From contig JBNKUM010000118.1 of the NCBI GenBank assembly GCA_050298595.1, forward strand, positions 1 to 64,000: a stretch of DNA of 64,000 nt. Reading direction: 5' to 3'. Shown here piece after piece: positions 40,870 to 52,019 of the stretch. Origin of the DNA: Gammaproteobacteria bacterium. Lineage in GTDB: Bacteria > Pseudomonadota > Gammaproteobacteria > GCA-001735895. The notes beneath the pieces were generated by a model. It was given only the letters and a program-made list of their open reading frames with translations. It did not search any database and was not told where the DNA came from. Both the position numbers and the translations under genes were made by a program. How positions within the stretch are numbered: position 1 is the stretch's first letter; each line of letters opens with the position of its first letter.

Positions 40870-41826
40870 CTATTTAGTAGCAAGAATAACCGCGCGCAAA
40901 GGGGCCGGATAACCCTCCACCGTTTTATTTCGGTCATGGGGATCCAGACACTCAGGCAGTGATTCAAAAGGCATCCACTCAGTACTTCTCTGCTCCTCAA
41001 TCGTAGTTTGATTAACATCTACAACCCTTATGTCGCTGAATCCACAGCGGCTAAGCCAGTGAGACAGTTCATCGGTAGTCGGTAAAAACCAGACATTATT
41101 CATACGCGCATATCGAGAACCCGGAACCAGAACCTGACCGCTACCACCTTCAATCACCAGCGTTTCCAGACAAAGCTCACCTCCAGGCTTGAGCAGTGAC
41201 TTTAATTGCAGTAAATGATCAATTGGCGACTTTCTGTGATACAAAACCCCCATTGAAAAAACCGTATCAAACCATTGCATGTTTACAGGCATATGCTGTA
41301 TGCCGACCGGCAGCATATGAATACGCCCATCCTGGATATAATGTTGTAACGCGCGAAACTGCAAATTGAACAGCAAGGAGGGGTCTATACCCAGTACCAG
41401 ATCGGGCTCATGAGCCAGCATACGCCAGCAGTGATAACCATTTCCACAACCCACATCCAGTATACGTCGCTGTTTGAGTGGAGACAGATGTCGATAAATT
41501 CGATCCCATTTAAAATCGCTATGCCATTCAGTATCTATATACACATCTGCCAGCTGGAACGGCCCCTTTCGCCAGGGCTTTAAGCCCTGCAAGGCCTGCA
41601 ATAGCAACTCACCCTGCTCACAGCCTCCACTAACCGTCACAGCTGAGCGATTTAACTGGATTTGAGCTTCATCAATGGGAGGAAGGGAATTTAAAGCCTG
41701 ATTCCAGCGTTCGAAATCTCCATGATGCGCGGCACTGAACCAGTGCGGATCCGAAGTTCGCAATGTTTCAACCCAGCCCTGAAAACCAGATTGCTCAAGT
41801 TGTTGATAGAGTACTTCACGAAACAT
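40870..41826 (-). CDS. cmoB: tRNA U34 carboxymethyltransferase
   Basis: PWRKGPF, IDTEWHSDFKW, LDVGCGNGYH, SMGVLYHR, TVEGYPAP. Confidence 0.95.
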   Translation of the reverse strand: MFREVLYQQLEQSGFQGWVETLRTSDPHWFSAAHHGDFERWNQALNSLPPIDEAQIQLNRSAVTVSGGCEQGELLLQALQGLKPWRKGPFQLADVYIDTEWHSDFKWDRIYRHLSPLKQRRILDVGCGNGYHCWRMLAHEPDLVLGIDPSLLFNLQFRALQHYIQDGRIHMLPVGIQHMPVNMQWFDTVFSMGVLYHRKSPIDHLLQLKSLLKPGGELCLETLVIEGGSGQVLVPGSRYARMNNVWFLPTTDELSHWLSRCGFSDIRVVDVNQTTIEEQRSTEWMPFESLPECLDPHDRNKTVEGYPAPLRAVILATK

Positions 41827-42551
41827 TATTTAATTGCCAGAAAAGAAACAAAATTAAAACAGTGAAAACTTTCAATCACTTCACTAAAGCCACATTCCTT
41901 AAGCCTTGTCAGGTGAAGTGATTTCTTATCCGGAATTAGCACTTTCTCCAGAGCTGTACGTTTCTGAGCGATTTCAAGATCGCTATAGCCCTGTAATTTT
42001 TTAAACGCCTGATACAGCTCTGTCATATTGACCTGAGTCTCAGCATCATCGTACTCAACCTTTTCACTCAGCACCAGCGCACCACCAGGACACATCCCTT
42101 GGTGGATTTTTGTTAATAGCGCTAAACGTTGTTCGGGGTTGATAAACTGCAAGGTCAGGTTCAACACAACCAGAGAAGCATTTTCAATAGCAAGCGATTC
42201 AAGATCATCACAAATCCAGTCAATGTCCTGGTCAGAATTTTTTTCTCGACATTTACTGATCATAGAGGGTGAGTTATCCACTGCTAAAATTGAACAGTTT
42301 CTTTCCTCAACCTGTTGGGCAATCACTCGAGACACAACACCTGTCGAACACCCCAGATCATAGACATTGCTATTTTCGGTAACAAAAATATCTGCATACA
42401 GAGCGATCAGACGCACCAGTAATTCATACCCTGGCACCGAACGACCAATCATGTCATCAAAAACCCTGGTCACCTGCTCATCAAACTCAAATGCCTTGAC
42501 TGAGGTTAGAGGCCTGGAAAAAACTTTGTCTTTTGCTGTGATATCGGTCAT
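41826..42551 (-). CDS. cmoA: Carboxy-SAM synthase
   Basis: FEFDEQV..VFDDMI.RSVPGY, DLGCSTG, YSDLEIAQKRTALE. Confidence 0.95.
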   Translation of the reverse strand: MTDITAKDKVFSRPLTSVKAFEFDEQVTRVFDDMIGRSVPGYELLVRLIALYADIFVTENSNVYDLGCSTGVVSRVIAQQVEERNCSILAVDNSPSMISKCREKNSDQDIDWICDDLESLAIENASLVVLNLTLQFINPEQRLALLTKIHQGMCPGGALVLSEKVEYDDAETQVNMTELYQAFKKLQGYSDLEIAQKRTALEKVLIPDKKSLHLTRLKECGFSEVIESFHCFNFVSFLAIK

Positions 42552-42607
42552 GTTTCGTGGGTGGCTAGATGCTACAATCAAATTTTTGCTAATTATCGCA
42601 CATCATT

Positions 42608-43438
42608 ATGTTAAAGAAATGTCTTTACCCAGTAGCCGGTTATGGAACCCGTTTTCTTCCCGCAACCAAATCCATGGCAAAGGAAATGTTGCCCATTGTC
42701 GATAAACCTCTGATTCAGTATGCCGTAGAAGAAGCCATGAGCGCTGGTCTTGTGCAACAGGCATTTGTCACCGGCCGAACCAAACGATCAATAGAGGATC
42801 ATTTCGATATCAGCTATGAACTGGAGAACGAAATAAGGGGCAGCGCTAAAGAAGATCAACTGAAAGAGATTAGAGATATACGTGACAATTGCGTATTTAC
42901 CTACACGCGCCAGAAAGCGATGAATGGATTAGGCAAGGCCATTCTGACTGGAGAACCGATGATAGGCGATGAAGCATTCGGCGTGATCCTGGCTGACGAC
43001 TTATGTATTACCGAAGGAGATTCGGTGATGCAACAGATGGCCGGCCTGTATAAACAATTTCGCTGTAGTATCGTAGCCATTGAAGAAGTCCCGGCAGAAG
43101 AAACCTATAAATATGGTGTGATTGCCGGCGAACAGTTTCAGGATAATATTTTCAAGGTCACCGACATGGTTGAAAAACCAGCCCCGGAAGATGCCCCTAG
43201 CAATATGGCAATCATTGGTCGCTATATACTCACTCCGGACATTTTTGATTATATCCGGGAAACCAAGCCGGGTTCGAATGGTGAGGTTCAAATCACTGAT
43301 GCATTGCTTGCGCAGGCTAAAAGCGGTTGTGTACTGGCGTATCGATTCAAGGGCAAGCGTTTTGATTGCGGCAGTCTACATGGATACGTTGAAGCCACCA
43401 ATTATTGCTACAACAAATTCCACGACCCTTCAGAGTAG
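42608..43438 (+). CDS. galU: UTP-glucose-1-phosphate uridylyltransferase
   Basis: PVAGYGTRFLPATK, KEMLPIVDKP, VEKP, QITDAL, RFDCGS. Confidence 0.96.
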   Translation: MLKKCLYPVAGYGTRFLPATKSMAKEMLPIVDKPLIQYAVEEAMSAGLVQQAFVTGRTKRSIEDHFDISYELENEIRGSAKEDQLKEIRDIRDNCVFTYTRQKAMNGLGKAILTGEPMIGDEAFGVILADDLCITEGDSVMQQMAGLYKQFRCSIVAIEEVPAEETYKYGVIAGEQFQDNIFKVTDMVEKPAPEDAPSNMAIIGRYILTPDIFDYIRETKPGSNGEVQITDALLAQAKSGCVLAYRFKGKRFDCGSLHGYVEATNYCYNKFHDPSE

Positions 43439-44668
43439 TAGCAGGTCAGTTAATTTACCGTCTACATATATTTGTGGCGTAGTAGTACGTAACCAGGGCG
43501 GGACACGATACTTTTGAAAAAGACGTTTCAGGCGATGACTGCTTGAAGCGTCCGTCGAAGCGTGCTCAGTTCGAAAATGCAAAGCCAGTGTCTGCCCCTC
43601 CTCGGTCATCTTGAGTTTAGCTAGCAGCTGCTGCCGACTGATTAAGATATTCAGCGCTTTAATCTCTAAAGATGTATCTTCTGGCACATCGTAAGCCGGC
43701 AATAAATCTGGCTCCAGATAATCATCCACCATAAACAGCAAACCATCATAACAGCGCAGACTATAACCCTGGGCCTTAATCAGCGGCATTGCATCTGAGG
43801 CTGCCGAAACCTGTTTAAGAACCTGTTGTAGCTTTTTGAATCCAGGTTGCTGTTGATGTCTGGTATTTATCCAGAAACGTATAAGGTTCTTCTGGCGTTC
43901 AGCGGAAAGACGGGTTAAGGCGAATATATCCAGACAGGGGGAGGTTGAAAATAAATGATCCCGTGTACAGGTCTGTAAATCAATCTGTGCCAAATCCTCT
44001 AGCAGTTGATGCTGTTCCCTTTGCCATTCGCTAACCCGGTGTAATAGTGGAATCACAGCAGGCCAGCGCTGTTTAATTCGCGGCAGAATCTGGTGGCGCA
44101 GATAATTCCGGTCATATTTAAATGAGTCGTTACTTGGATCTTCTACCCACTGCAAATTATGTTGAGCTGCATATTGTTCAATCGCTTCGCGCTGAAAATT
44201 GAGTAGCGGTCGAAACAGCCAGCCCTGCCCTAAACGGGTTAAATCAGCGATGGCTCTCAAACCCGCCGAGCCAGATCCACGCATCAGATTCAACATCAGC
44301 GTTTCCGCCTGATCATTCATATGATGAGCTGTTAGCAGTGCATCTTGCGCAGTTAGCGCCTGAGAGAATAAATCATAGCGAGCCTGACGGGCTACCGCTT
44401 CGAGATTAGCGCTATCAGGATTGAGATTCAGATGATCAACCCGAATCTCCAGATTGTATTTTTCTGCCAGATCATAGGCCATCTGCTGCATCTGTAGCGC
44501 ATTAGCTTGTAGACCGTGATTAATATGCCAAAGTACCAGCGAGTAACTATGCTGCTGCTGGAGCAGCCTGTGCAGCAACACACAGGAATCGATTCCTGCA
44601 CTGAAAGCCAAATACAGTCGATTTACGCTTTCAGGTAATTTTTCCAGCGAGAGATGCAGGGAAGACAT
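43430..44668 (-). CDS. tilS: tRNA(Ile)-lysidine synthase
   Basis: PP-loop FSAGIDS, HINHGL, TAHHMNDQAET, EDPSN, RNYLRH. Confidence 0.93.
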   Translation of the reverse strand: MSSLHLSLEKLPESVNRLYLAFSAGIDSCVLLHRLLQQQHSYSLVLWHINHGLQANALQMQQMAYDLAEKYNLEIRVDHLNLNPDSANLEAVARQARYDLFSQALTAQDALLTAHHMNDQAETLMLNLMRGSGSAGLRAIADLTRLGQGWLFRPLLNFQREAIEQYAAQHNLQWVEDPSNDSFKYDRNYLRHQILPRIKQRWPAVIPLLHRVSEWQREQHQLLEDLAQIDLQTCTRDHLFSTSPCLDIFALTRLSAERQKNLIRFWINTRHQQQPGFKKLQQVLKQVSAASDAMPLIKAQGYSLRCYDGLLFMVDDYLEPDLLPAYDVPEDTSLEIKALNILISRQQLLAKLKMTEEGQTLALHFRTEHASTDASSSHRLKRLFQKYRVPPWLRTTTPQIYVDGKLTDLLLL

Positions 44669-44672
44669 TGCA

Positions 44673-45632
44673 TCAAGTTTCTATAAAGGCACCAAATCCC
44701 ATTAATCGGTTATAGCGTTGATCCAGTAGCTTATCGATACCGATTGCATCCAGTATCTCAATATTTTCAGATAGATTTTCACGCAAGCTATGAGCCATCT
44801 GATCATAATCCCTGTGAGCTCCACCCAAAGGCTCTCCGATAACCTGATCGATGAGTTTGAGCTCCAGTAATCGATTTGCAGTAATGCCCATGGCATCTGC
44901 AGCCTGAGCGGCCTTATCTGAACTTTTCCATAGAATAGAGGCACAGCCTTCCGGTGAAATGACAGAATAGGTTGCATACTGAAGCATATTAACCCGGTCA
45001 CCCACGGCTATAGCCAGAGCACCGCCTGAACCTCCTTCTCCGATGACAGTACAGATAATAGGCGTTTTAAGATCAGCCATCACATATAGATTTCGTGCAA
45101 TCGCTTCACTCTGCCCACGCTCTTCTGCACCGATACCAGGATAGGCCCCCGGGGTGTCTACCAGTGTGATCAATGGCATTTTAAATTTCTCAGCCATCTT
45201 CATTAATCGCATAGCCTTTCTGTAACCTTCTGGTCGAGGCATACCAAAATTACGTTTTATTTTTTCTCGGGTATCACGACCTTTTTGCTGGCCTAATACC
45301 ATCACAGGCTTTCCATTCAAGCGTCCGATTCCGCCTACCATTGGGCTATCATCAGCATATACTCGATCTCCATGTAGATACTCAAAATCCACAAACATCC
45401 GCTCGATGTAATCTACCGCATAAGGACGATTCGGATGACGAGCAATTTGTGAAATCTGCCAGGAGCTTAATTTGGAAAAAATTGAGTTGGTCAGACTTTC
45501 TGCCTTTTTTTCCAGAGTGCCAATTTCTTCTGTGATATTGATATCAGAGTCATCGGTTACATAACGTAGTTCTTCGATCTTGGCCTGAAGTTCAGCAATT
45601 GGTTGTTCAAAGTCTAGAAAATTTGGATCCAT
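44673..45632 (-). CDS. accA: Acetyl-CoA carboxylase carboxyltransferase alpha subunit
   Basis: [30 protein letters not shown]. Confidence 0.98.
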   Translation of the reverse strand: MDPNFLDFEQPIAELQAKIEELRYVTDDSDINITEEIGTLEKKAESLTNSIFSKLSSWQISQIARHPNRPYAVDYIERMFVDFEYLHGDRVYADDSPMVGGIGRLNGKPVMVLGQQKGRDTREKIKRNFGMPRPEGYRKAMRLMKMAEKFKMPLITLVDTPGAYPGIGAEERGQSEAIARNLYVMADLKTPIICTVIGEGGSGGALAIAVGDRVNMLQYATYSVISPEGCASILWKSSDKAAQAADAMGITANRLLELKLIDQVIGEPLGGAHRDYDQMAHSLRENLSENIEILDAIGIDKLLDQRYNRLMGFGAFIET

Positions 45633-45822
45633 AGCGCTATAAGCCTGCCTTTATATTCGGTGTATTTATAGAAAACATTATTGTGTTATTGTTTGCGCAT
45701 AATGAGTGATCACTGATCTTATACAAGGAATAAATTAAAATGATTCACTACGGGTTAGAAACAGGAATTGTATCGATTTAAGCTTAAACTGTCAGTAATA
45801 ACCGATAATTTAACGCCAACAA

Positions 45823-46527
45823 TTATTCACATAAAGACTGGTTGATACGTTCTAGCTGTGCCACCGGGTCGATATGTGCGGTAATGGGTCGACCAATCAC
45901 CAGATAGCTGGAACCTGCGGCAATGGCCTGCTGAGGTGTCATGATACGCTGCTGATCATTACTATCTGAGCCTTCAGGCCGAATACCTGGTGTCACCAGT
46001 AAAGGCTTAGTGCCAAATTGATTTCGAATAGCTTCAGACTCTAGTGCAGAACAGACCATACCATCCAGCCCACATTCCAGGCTTAAAGCGGTCAAATCCA
46101 TAACAGCCTGACCAGGTGTTTTTTGAATGCCTATTTGGTCCAGACCCTGCTGATCGGTACTGGTTAGAATAGAAACCGCAATCAAATACGGAGCCTGACC
46201 ATCAAAATCATCGACTGCCTGTTTGGCCGCCAACATCATATTTCGACCACCAAGCGCATGAACATTAACCATCCATATACCTAGTCTGGCTGCAGCAGTG
46301 ATCGCCTTATTAACCGTATTGGGAATATCATGAAATTTCAAATCAAGAAACACATCATAACCTCGAGAGACTATGGCTTTGACAAGCTCGGGCCCTGCAG
46401 CTGTAAAAAGTTCCTTTCCAATTTTAACCCTGCACAGGGATGGGGAGATTTGATCAATAAATTGTAGAGCATTTTTCGCATCGGCATAATCCAGCGCGAC
46501 AATAATCTTTGAATCTGTTTTTTGCAT
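45823..46527 (-). CDS. pyrF: Orotidine-5'-phosphate decarboxylase
   Basis: IVALD, FLDLKFHDIPNT, VTPGIRP, VIGRPI. Confidence 0.97.
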   Translation of the reverse strand: MQKTDSKIIVALDYADAKNALQFIDQISPSLCRVKIGKELFTAAGPELVKAIVSRGYDVFLDLKFHDIPNTVNKAITAAARLGIWMVNVHALGGRNMMLAAKQAVDDFDGQAPYLIAVSILTSTDQQGLDQIGIQKTPGQAVMDLTALSLECGLDGMVCSALESEAIRNQFGTKPLLVTPGIRPEGSDSNDQQRIMTPQQAIAAGSSYLVIGRPITAHIDPVAQLERINQSLCE

Positions 46528-46541
46528 ATAAGTACTCAGAA

Positions 46542-47699
46542 TTAGTGAACCGGCTTCAGGCTTGACCAGGATTTGCAGCTGGGACAATTCCAGAACATGC
46601 TTTGACTGCCATAGCCACAGATATTACAGGTGTATGCTACACGTTTATTTTTGATTTCCTTAAACTGACTAGTCAGATCGGGCCAGGTATCATCCAGATG
46701 TTGAGGGTAAGCCTTAAAATAGCGCATCGCAAATTCAAAAACGTCTAGTGCAGCTGACTGCTTGAGCGCCTGTTTGATAAATTCCAGCAACTGTTTGTGC
46801 TGATCTCCAGCCAGATAACTTTCAAGCAGTTCTACCGCCAGAGGGCTAACCGGCATTTTTTCATACTGCCTGTAAAGAAACTCCTGAAATCGCTGAGTAG
46901 AACCACGATTAAGTAATATTTCACGAGCAGCAGGAATCAATAGCTCGATCTGGTGAGAATTTGGTTCAAGTATCTGATCGAACAACCTGGTTGCTTTGCT
47001 TATCTCATTATTTTTCAAATGGACGTCGATCAATAACAGGGAGGCTCGCGTGCATTTACTATCGGTTTGCAGTGCCATATCAAGCTGCTCTCGTGCCTGT
47101 CTCAAATTACCTCTTGCCAGTGATTGCTGAGCCAGTTCGCAATAACAATGACTCAAAATCAGACGCGCATCGGGTTCATTCATATCAAGTAAGATTTTTG
47201 CTTCGTCTCTGGCTTCAAGCCATGACTTTTCCATACTATACAGTTGCAACAACTGGCGGTGAGCATGGGCATGTTGTGGATTTATTTGAACCAGTTCTTT
47301 ATACAGATTTTCTGCACGATCCAGCAGACCTGCTTTTTGATAATCCTCAGCCAGCTCAGACAATGCCATAACTCTTTGGCCCTGTTCAAGATTGGGTCTG
47401 GCTATCAGGTTTTGATGAATTTTAATGGCTCGATCTACTTCGCCTTTACTGCGGAAGAGATTACCTAAAGCGAGATGGGTTTCTATGGTGTCTTTATCAA
47501 CCTTGACCAGCTCTACAAATAACTCGATAGCTTTATCTGAGTTATTGGCCAACAGGTAATTCAAGCCCTGTATATAATATTCGGAACAGTTAGCAAAATC
47601 GCTCTGTGTTGATTTTGATGGCTTAGGCTTAGAAAAACGACCAACTAGCCATCCGCTAAATAAAGCCAGAAAAATAATGACTGGTAACCAGATATCCAT
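46542..47699 (-). CDS. lapB: LPS assembly protein B (TPR repeats plus rubredoxin-like domain)
   Basis: GLNYLL, ALGNLFRSKGEVDRAIKIHQNL, C-terminal CNICG...CPSC. Confidence 0.95.
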   Translation of the reverse strand: MDIWLPVIIFLALFSGWLVGRFSKPKPSKSTQSDFANCSEYYIQGLNYLLANNSDKAIELFVELVKVDKDTIETHLALGNLFRSKGEVDRAIKIHQNLIARPNLEQGQRVMALSELAEDYQKAGLLDRAENLYKELVQINPQHAHAHRQLLQLYSMEKSWLEARDEAKILLDMNEPDARLILSHCYCELAQQSLARGNLRQAREQLDMALQTDSKCTRASLLLIDVHLKNNEISKATRLFDQILEPNSHQIELLIPAAREILLNRGSTQRFQEFLYRQYEKMPVSPLAVELLESYLAGDQHKQLLEFIKQALKQSAALDVFEFAMRYFKAYPQHLDDTWPDLTSQFKEIKNKRVAYTCNICGYGSQSMFWNCPSCKSWSSLKPVH

Positions 47700-47759
47700 A
47701 CGAGGGATGGTAGTCTACCTGGATTAAAGCATCAATGATTTGAATCGGGAGTAAAGCTT

Positions 47760-48071
47760 TTACTTCTGATTATTTGCGCGATCACGCAACTCCTTACCCG
47801 GCTTGAAATGCGGTACATATTTACCCGGCAATTCAACCTTATCACCTGATTTTGGGTTCCGGCCCACACGAGGAGGACGAAAATGCAGGCTAAAGCTTCC
47901 AAAGCCACGTATCTCTATTCTTTCACCCATAGATAACGCGTTGCTCATCATCTCGATTAAGCTTTTCACTGCCAACTCGACATCTTTATACGCAAGATGA
48001 CTTTGACTACGAGAAAGGTTATCGATCAAATCAGATTTTGTTAATGAAGGTATATATTCTTGTTCTTTCAT
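47760..48071 (-). CDS. ihfB: Integration host factor beta subunit
   Basis: [34 protein letters not shown]. Confidence 0.97.
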   Translation of the reverse strand: MKEQEYIPSLTKSDLIDNLSRSQSHLAYKDVELAVKSLIEMMSNALSMGERIEIRGFGSFSLHFRPPRVGRNPKSGDKVELPGKYVPHFKPGKELRDRANNQK

Positions 48072-48091
48072 AACAACGCCCCTTATTGAAT

Positions 48092-48118
48092 AAAAGGGCG
48101 GGTAATTAACCCGCCCTT
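48092..48118 (-). terminator. Intrinsic terminator hairpin after rpsA
   Basis: AAGGGCGGGT-loop-ACCCGCCCTT with a short U-tract on the minus strand. Confidence 0.7.
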
Positions 48119-48123
48119 CAATT

Positions 48124-49803
48124 TTACTCGTCTGAACCTAGCTTCTCTTTCAGCAGGTCACCCAGACTGGTAGTTGCTGCACTGCTATCACTGCTGGCAG
48201 CATAATCCTGTAAAGCTTCCTGTTCTTCATCAGCATCTTTGGCTTTGATTGACAGAAAAACACTACGGTTTTTACGATCCATACCGGTTAGTTTGGCTTC
48301 AACTTCATCACCTTCGCTAATGAAAGCTCTGGCATCTTCAACGCGATCTTTGGCCATTTCGGATGCACGCAGAATACCTTCCAGTCCATCACCCAGATCA
48401 ATGATAGCTGCTTTAGCATCTACCGATATGACCTTGCCTGTCACGATGCTACCCTTGGGGTAAGTACCGATGAAGTTAGCAAATGGGTCTTTATCCAGTT
48501 GTTTGATACCCAACGAGATACGCTCACGCTCAGGATCAATAGACAGAACCATGGCTTCAACTTCCTGGCCTTTCTGGTAATCGCGAACCGCTTCATCACC
48601 AGTTTTATGCCAGGATAGATCTGTCAGATGAATCAGACCATCAATATTGCCATCCAGGCCAATGAAGATACCAAAATCTGTAATTGACTTGATTTTACCA
48701 CTGATCAGATCGCCCTTGTTATGAGTTGCTGAGAACTCATCCCATGGATTAGCCTGACACTGCTTCATGCCCAGAGAAATACGACGACGTTCTTCATCGA
48801 TCTCAAGGATCATAACTTCAGTCTCATCACCCAGGTTTACAACCTTGTTTGGATTGACGTTCTTGTTAGTCCAATCCATTTCTGAAACGTGAACCAGGCC
48901 TTCAACACCATCTTCAATTTCAACAAAACAGCCGTAATCGGTGATATTGCTGACCTTACCGAACAGACGTGAACCTTCTGGATAGCGACGCATGATGTTA
49001 ACCCACGGATCATCACCCATCTGTTTCAGGCCAAGAGATACACGATTCTTATCACGGTCGAACTTCAGCACCACAACTTCGATTTCCTGTCCGATCTCAA
49101 CAACCTCTGAAGGATGCTTAACACGCTTCCAGGCCATATCGGTGATATGCAGCAGACCATCGATACCACCCAGGTCCAGGAACGCACCGTAATCGGTCAG
49201 GTTCTTGACAATAGCGGTAACCTTTTCGCCTTCTTTCAGTGATTCCAGCATTTTTTCGCGTTCTTCACTGAATTCCTGCTCAACCACTGCGCGACGAGAT
49301 ACCACAACATTGTTGCGCTTCTGGTCTAACTTGATGATTTTGAATTCTAAATCTTTTTCTTCGAGATATGCAGTATCTCTAACGGGTCTTACATCTACCA
49401 GTGAACCTGGCAGGAATGCACGAATTTCACCGATATCAACAGTAAATCCGCCTTTGACCTTTCCGGTAAAGCGACCGGTAACGATTTCGTCGGCTTCAAG
49501 CGCCTGCTCAAGACGTTTCCAGGCACGAGCACGTTTTGCTTTTTCGCGAGACAGTCTGGTTTCACCATAACCATCTTCAAATGAATCTAGTGCAACTTCA
49601 ACCTGATCACCGATCTCGACGCTGAGTTCACCTTTTTCATTGTAAAACTGTTCTACTGGTATAACACCTTCAGATTTGAGTCCGGCATTTACGATAACAA
49701 CATCGCGGTTGATACCAACAACCTCACCGGTAATTATTTCACCTACGTTCATATTTGTCTGAGCAATACTTGCCTCAAACATTTCTGCGAAACTTTCTGA
49801 CAT
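48124..49803 (-). CDS. rpsA: 30S ribosomal protein S1
   Basis: [19 protein letters not shown], repeated S1 domains (TDYGAF, TDYGCF, TDFGIF). Confidence 0.98.
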   Translation of the reverse strand: MSESFAEMFEASIAQTNMNVGEIITGEVVGINRDVVIVNAGLKSEGVIPVEQFYNEKGELSVEIGDQVEVALDSFEDGYGETRLSREKAKRARAWKRLEQALEADEIVTGRFTGKVKGGFTVDIGEIRAFLPGSLVDVRPVRDTAYLEEKDLEFKIIKLDQKRNNVVVSRRAVVEQEFSEEREKMLESLKEGEKVTAIVKNLTDYGAFLDLGGIDGLLHITDMAWKRVKHPSEVVEIGQEIEVVVLKFDRDKNRVSLGLKQMGDDPWVNIMRRYPEGSRLFGKVSNITDYGCFVEIEDGVEGLVHVSEMDWTNKNVNPNKVVNLGDETEVMILEIDEERRRISLGMKQCQANPWDEFSATHNKGDLISGKIKSITDFGIFIGLDGNIDGLIHLTDLSWHKTGDEAVRDYQKGQEVEAMVLSIDPERERISLGIKQLDKDPFANFIGTYPKGSIVTGKVISVDAKAAIIDLGDGLEGILRASEMAKDRVEDARAFISEGDEVEAKLTGMDRKNRSVFLSIKAKDADEEQEALQDYAASSDSSAATTSLGDLLKEKLGSDE

Positions 49804-49923
49804 GGAATTTCCTAAAGAATAAAATAAGTAATCAGGCTAAGGAGAGCCCAGATTACAGTCTAGTTAAACAACATGGTGGCAGAGTGCCTGACACCACACC
49901 TAAAATTACTGACGCATAAGTGA

Positions 49924-50610
49924 CTACACTTCAGTATTTGAATCGTTGATCGTTCGTATATGTTCCATCACCAGTTCAAATACCTGCTCCAGGTCCATCA
50001 TACTTGAATCAACAACTACTGCATCGGTAGCTGGAATCAACGGAGAAACAGGGCGATTCTGGTCGCGCTCGTCTCTGATTTCAATTTCTTTTTGCAGGTC
50101 GGCGATGTTAGCGGATAATCCCATATCAATCAACTGCTTATAACGCCTTTTTGCCCTTTGCTCGGCACTTGCGTGCAAATAAAGCTTAATTTTGGCATCT
50201 GGGAACACCACGGTACCCATATCACGACCATCAGCCACCAGCCCCGGAGGCTGAAAAAAATCTCGCTGTAACTGCAACAATTGTTCGCGAATGCTGGGAT
50301 ATGCAGCAATAACGGAGGCAGATGCGGCCGTTTTTTCTTCACGAATCTGGCTGGATACATCGACTCCATCCAGATAAGGGATAGTCAATTCGTCACCGGT
50401 TTTAAAACTGATCTGCATTGAGCTTATAGCGCCCAGTACTGCAGATTCATCTGTCAGATCGACGCCTTTTTTTAATGCCTGTAATGCCGCCAGACGATAA
50501 ATAGCCCCACTGTCCAGAATTTGAAACCCAAGTTCGCGTGCAACACGTAAAGCTAAACTCCCCTTACCTGAGCCACTGGGGCCATCGATTGTGATGACAT
50601 ATGCGGTCAT
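49924..50610 (-). CDS. cmk: Cytidylate kinase
   Basis: IDGPSGSGKG, LDSGAIYR, DGRDMGTVVFP. Confidence 0.97.
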   Translation of the reverse strand: MTAYVITIDGPSGSGKGSLALRVARELGFQILDSGAIYRLAALQALKKGVDLTDESAVLGAISSMQISFKTGDELTIPYLDGVDVSSQIREEKTAASASVIAAYPSIREQLLQLQRDFFQPPGLVADGRDMGTVVFPDAKIKLYLHASAEQRAKRRYKQLIDMGLSANIADLQKEIEIRDERDQNRPVSPLIPATDAVVVDSSMMDLEQVFELVMEHIRTINDSNTEV

Positions 50611-51917
50611 GGCTTCTCCTCTACCCTGATATCGAAACCAGCATGTTTAGCCAGGTCACTAAAGCCTGGAAACGAGGTATTGACATTATCACAGTCATTA
50701 ATCGTGATGGTTCCCTTAGCTCGCAGTGATGCAACGGCAAAAGCCATCGCAATACGATGGTCGCCATGTGATTCAACAGTACCTGATCCAATTTGACCAC
50801 CCTGAATCACAATACCATCGGGCGTAGCCTCAGCAGAAATTCCCAGAGTGTTCAGGCCATCTGCCATTACCTGAATACGGTCACTCTCTTTTACTCTTAA
50901 TTCTTCTGCACCTGTAAGAATGGTAGTGCCTGTGGCGCAGCTCGCTGCAACGAACAGTACCGGAAATTCATCTATAGCTAAAGGGACCAGGTGTTCAGGG
51001 ATTTGAATGCCTTTTAACTGGGCACTGTGCACAACAATATCAGCCACTGGTTCTCCACCCACTTCACGCTCATTGATTAAAGTAATATCAGCCCCCATCA
51101 ATTGAAGGATATCTATGACACCTGTACGGGTTGGGTTGACACCCACATGAGTGAGCGTGAGTTCGCTATCAGGGGTAATACTAGCAGCAACCATAAAAAA
51201 AGCTGAGGATGATATATCAGCAGGAACTTCTATGTTGCAGGCTGTTAATTGCTGTCCGCCCTTCAGACTGATGTGATTGTCTTCAGTAATCACTTCACAA
51301 CCAAACCCACGTAGCATTCTTTCGCTATGGTCGCGTGTCGGGGCAGGCTCAATCACCTCCGTCACACCGTCAGCATATAGTCCTGCCAGCAGCACACAGG
51401 ATTTAATCTGAGCAGAGGCAACCGGTAAGGGATAACGAATTGATCGTAATGGATTATTCCGGGCATGAATTGTTAAGGGTGCTGTGCCCCCAGCCTGGCT
51501 ATCGACCCTGGCACCCATCAATTCAACCGGGTCTATTACCCGTTTCATTGGTCGTGATGATAGAGAAGCATCACCAATTAATACCGAATCAAATGCCTGG
51601 CCGCTTAACAAACCCACCAGTAAACGCATAGCTGTGCCTGAATTACCCATATCAAGTGCGGCAGCAGGTTTACACAGGCCATTCAAACCAACACCCTGAA
51701 CGATAATTTCAGATTTAGTTTGCTGAATATCTACCCCCATAGCCTGAAAAGCTTTCAATGTATTCAGGCTATCTTCACCATGTAAAAAACCGGTGATTTC
51801 GGTAGTACCATTGGCAATTGAAGCCAACATGATAGAACGGTGTGACATCGATTTGTCACCTGGCACCCGGACATAGCCGTAAACAGGACCAGCAGGATTG
51901 CAGATATAAGTTGTCAT
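50607..51917 (-). CDS. aroA: EPSP synthase
   Basis: PGDKSMSHR, GNSGTAMRL, SAQIKS, ELRVKESDRI, DHRIAMAF. Confidence 0.98.
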   Translation of the reverse strand: MTTYICNPAGPVYGYVRVPGDKSMSHRSIMLASIANGTTEITGFLHGEDSLNTLKAFQAMGVDIQQTKSEIIVQGVGLNGLCKPAAALDMGNSGTAMRLLVGLLSGQAFDSVLIGDASLSSRPMKRVIDPVELMGARVDSQAGGTAPLTIHARNNPLRSIRYPLPVASAQIKSCVLLAGLYADGVTEVIEPAPTRDHSERMLRGFGCEVITEDNHISLKGGQQLTACNIEVPADISSSAFFMVAASITPDSELTLTHVGVNPTRTGVIDILQLMGADITLINEREVGGEPVADIVVHSAQLKGIQIPEHLVPLAIDEFPVLFVAASCATGTTILTGAEELRVKESDRIQVMADGLNTLGISAEATPDGIVIQGGQIGSGTVESHGDHRIAMAFAVASLRAKGTITINDCDNVNTSFPGFSDLAKHAGFDIRVEEKP

Positions 51918-52019
51918 TACTTAAGTAAGTTAGGGTAAATTGAGAAAGCGAATTGTACCTTATGTTATAGAAGGAAATTACAAAAGGTTAATTAATAACT
52001 ATCAGAGCTGCCATACATA

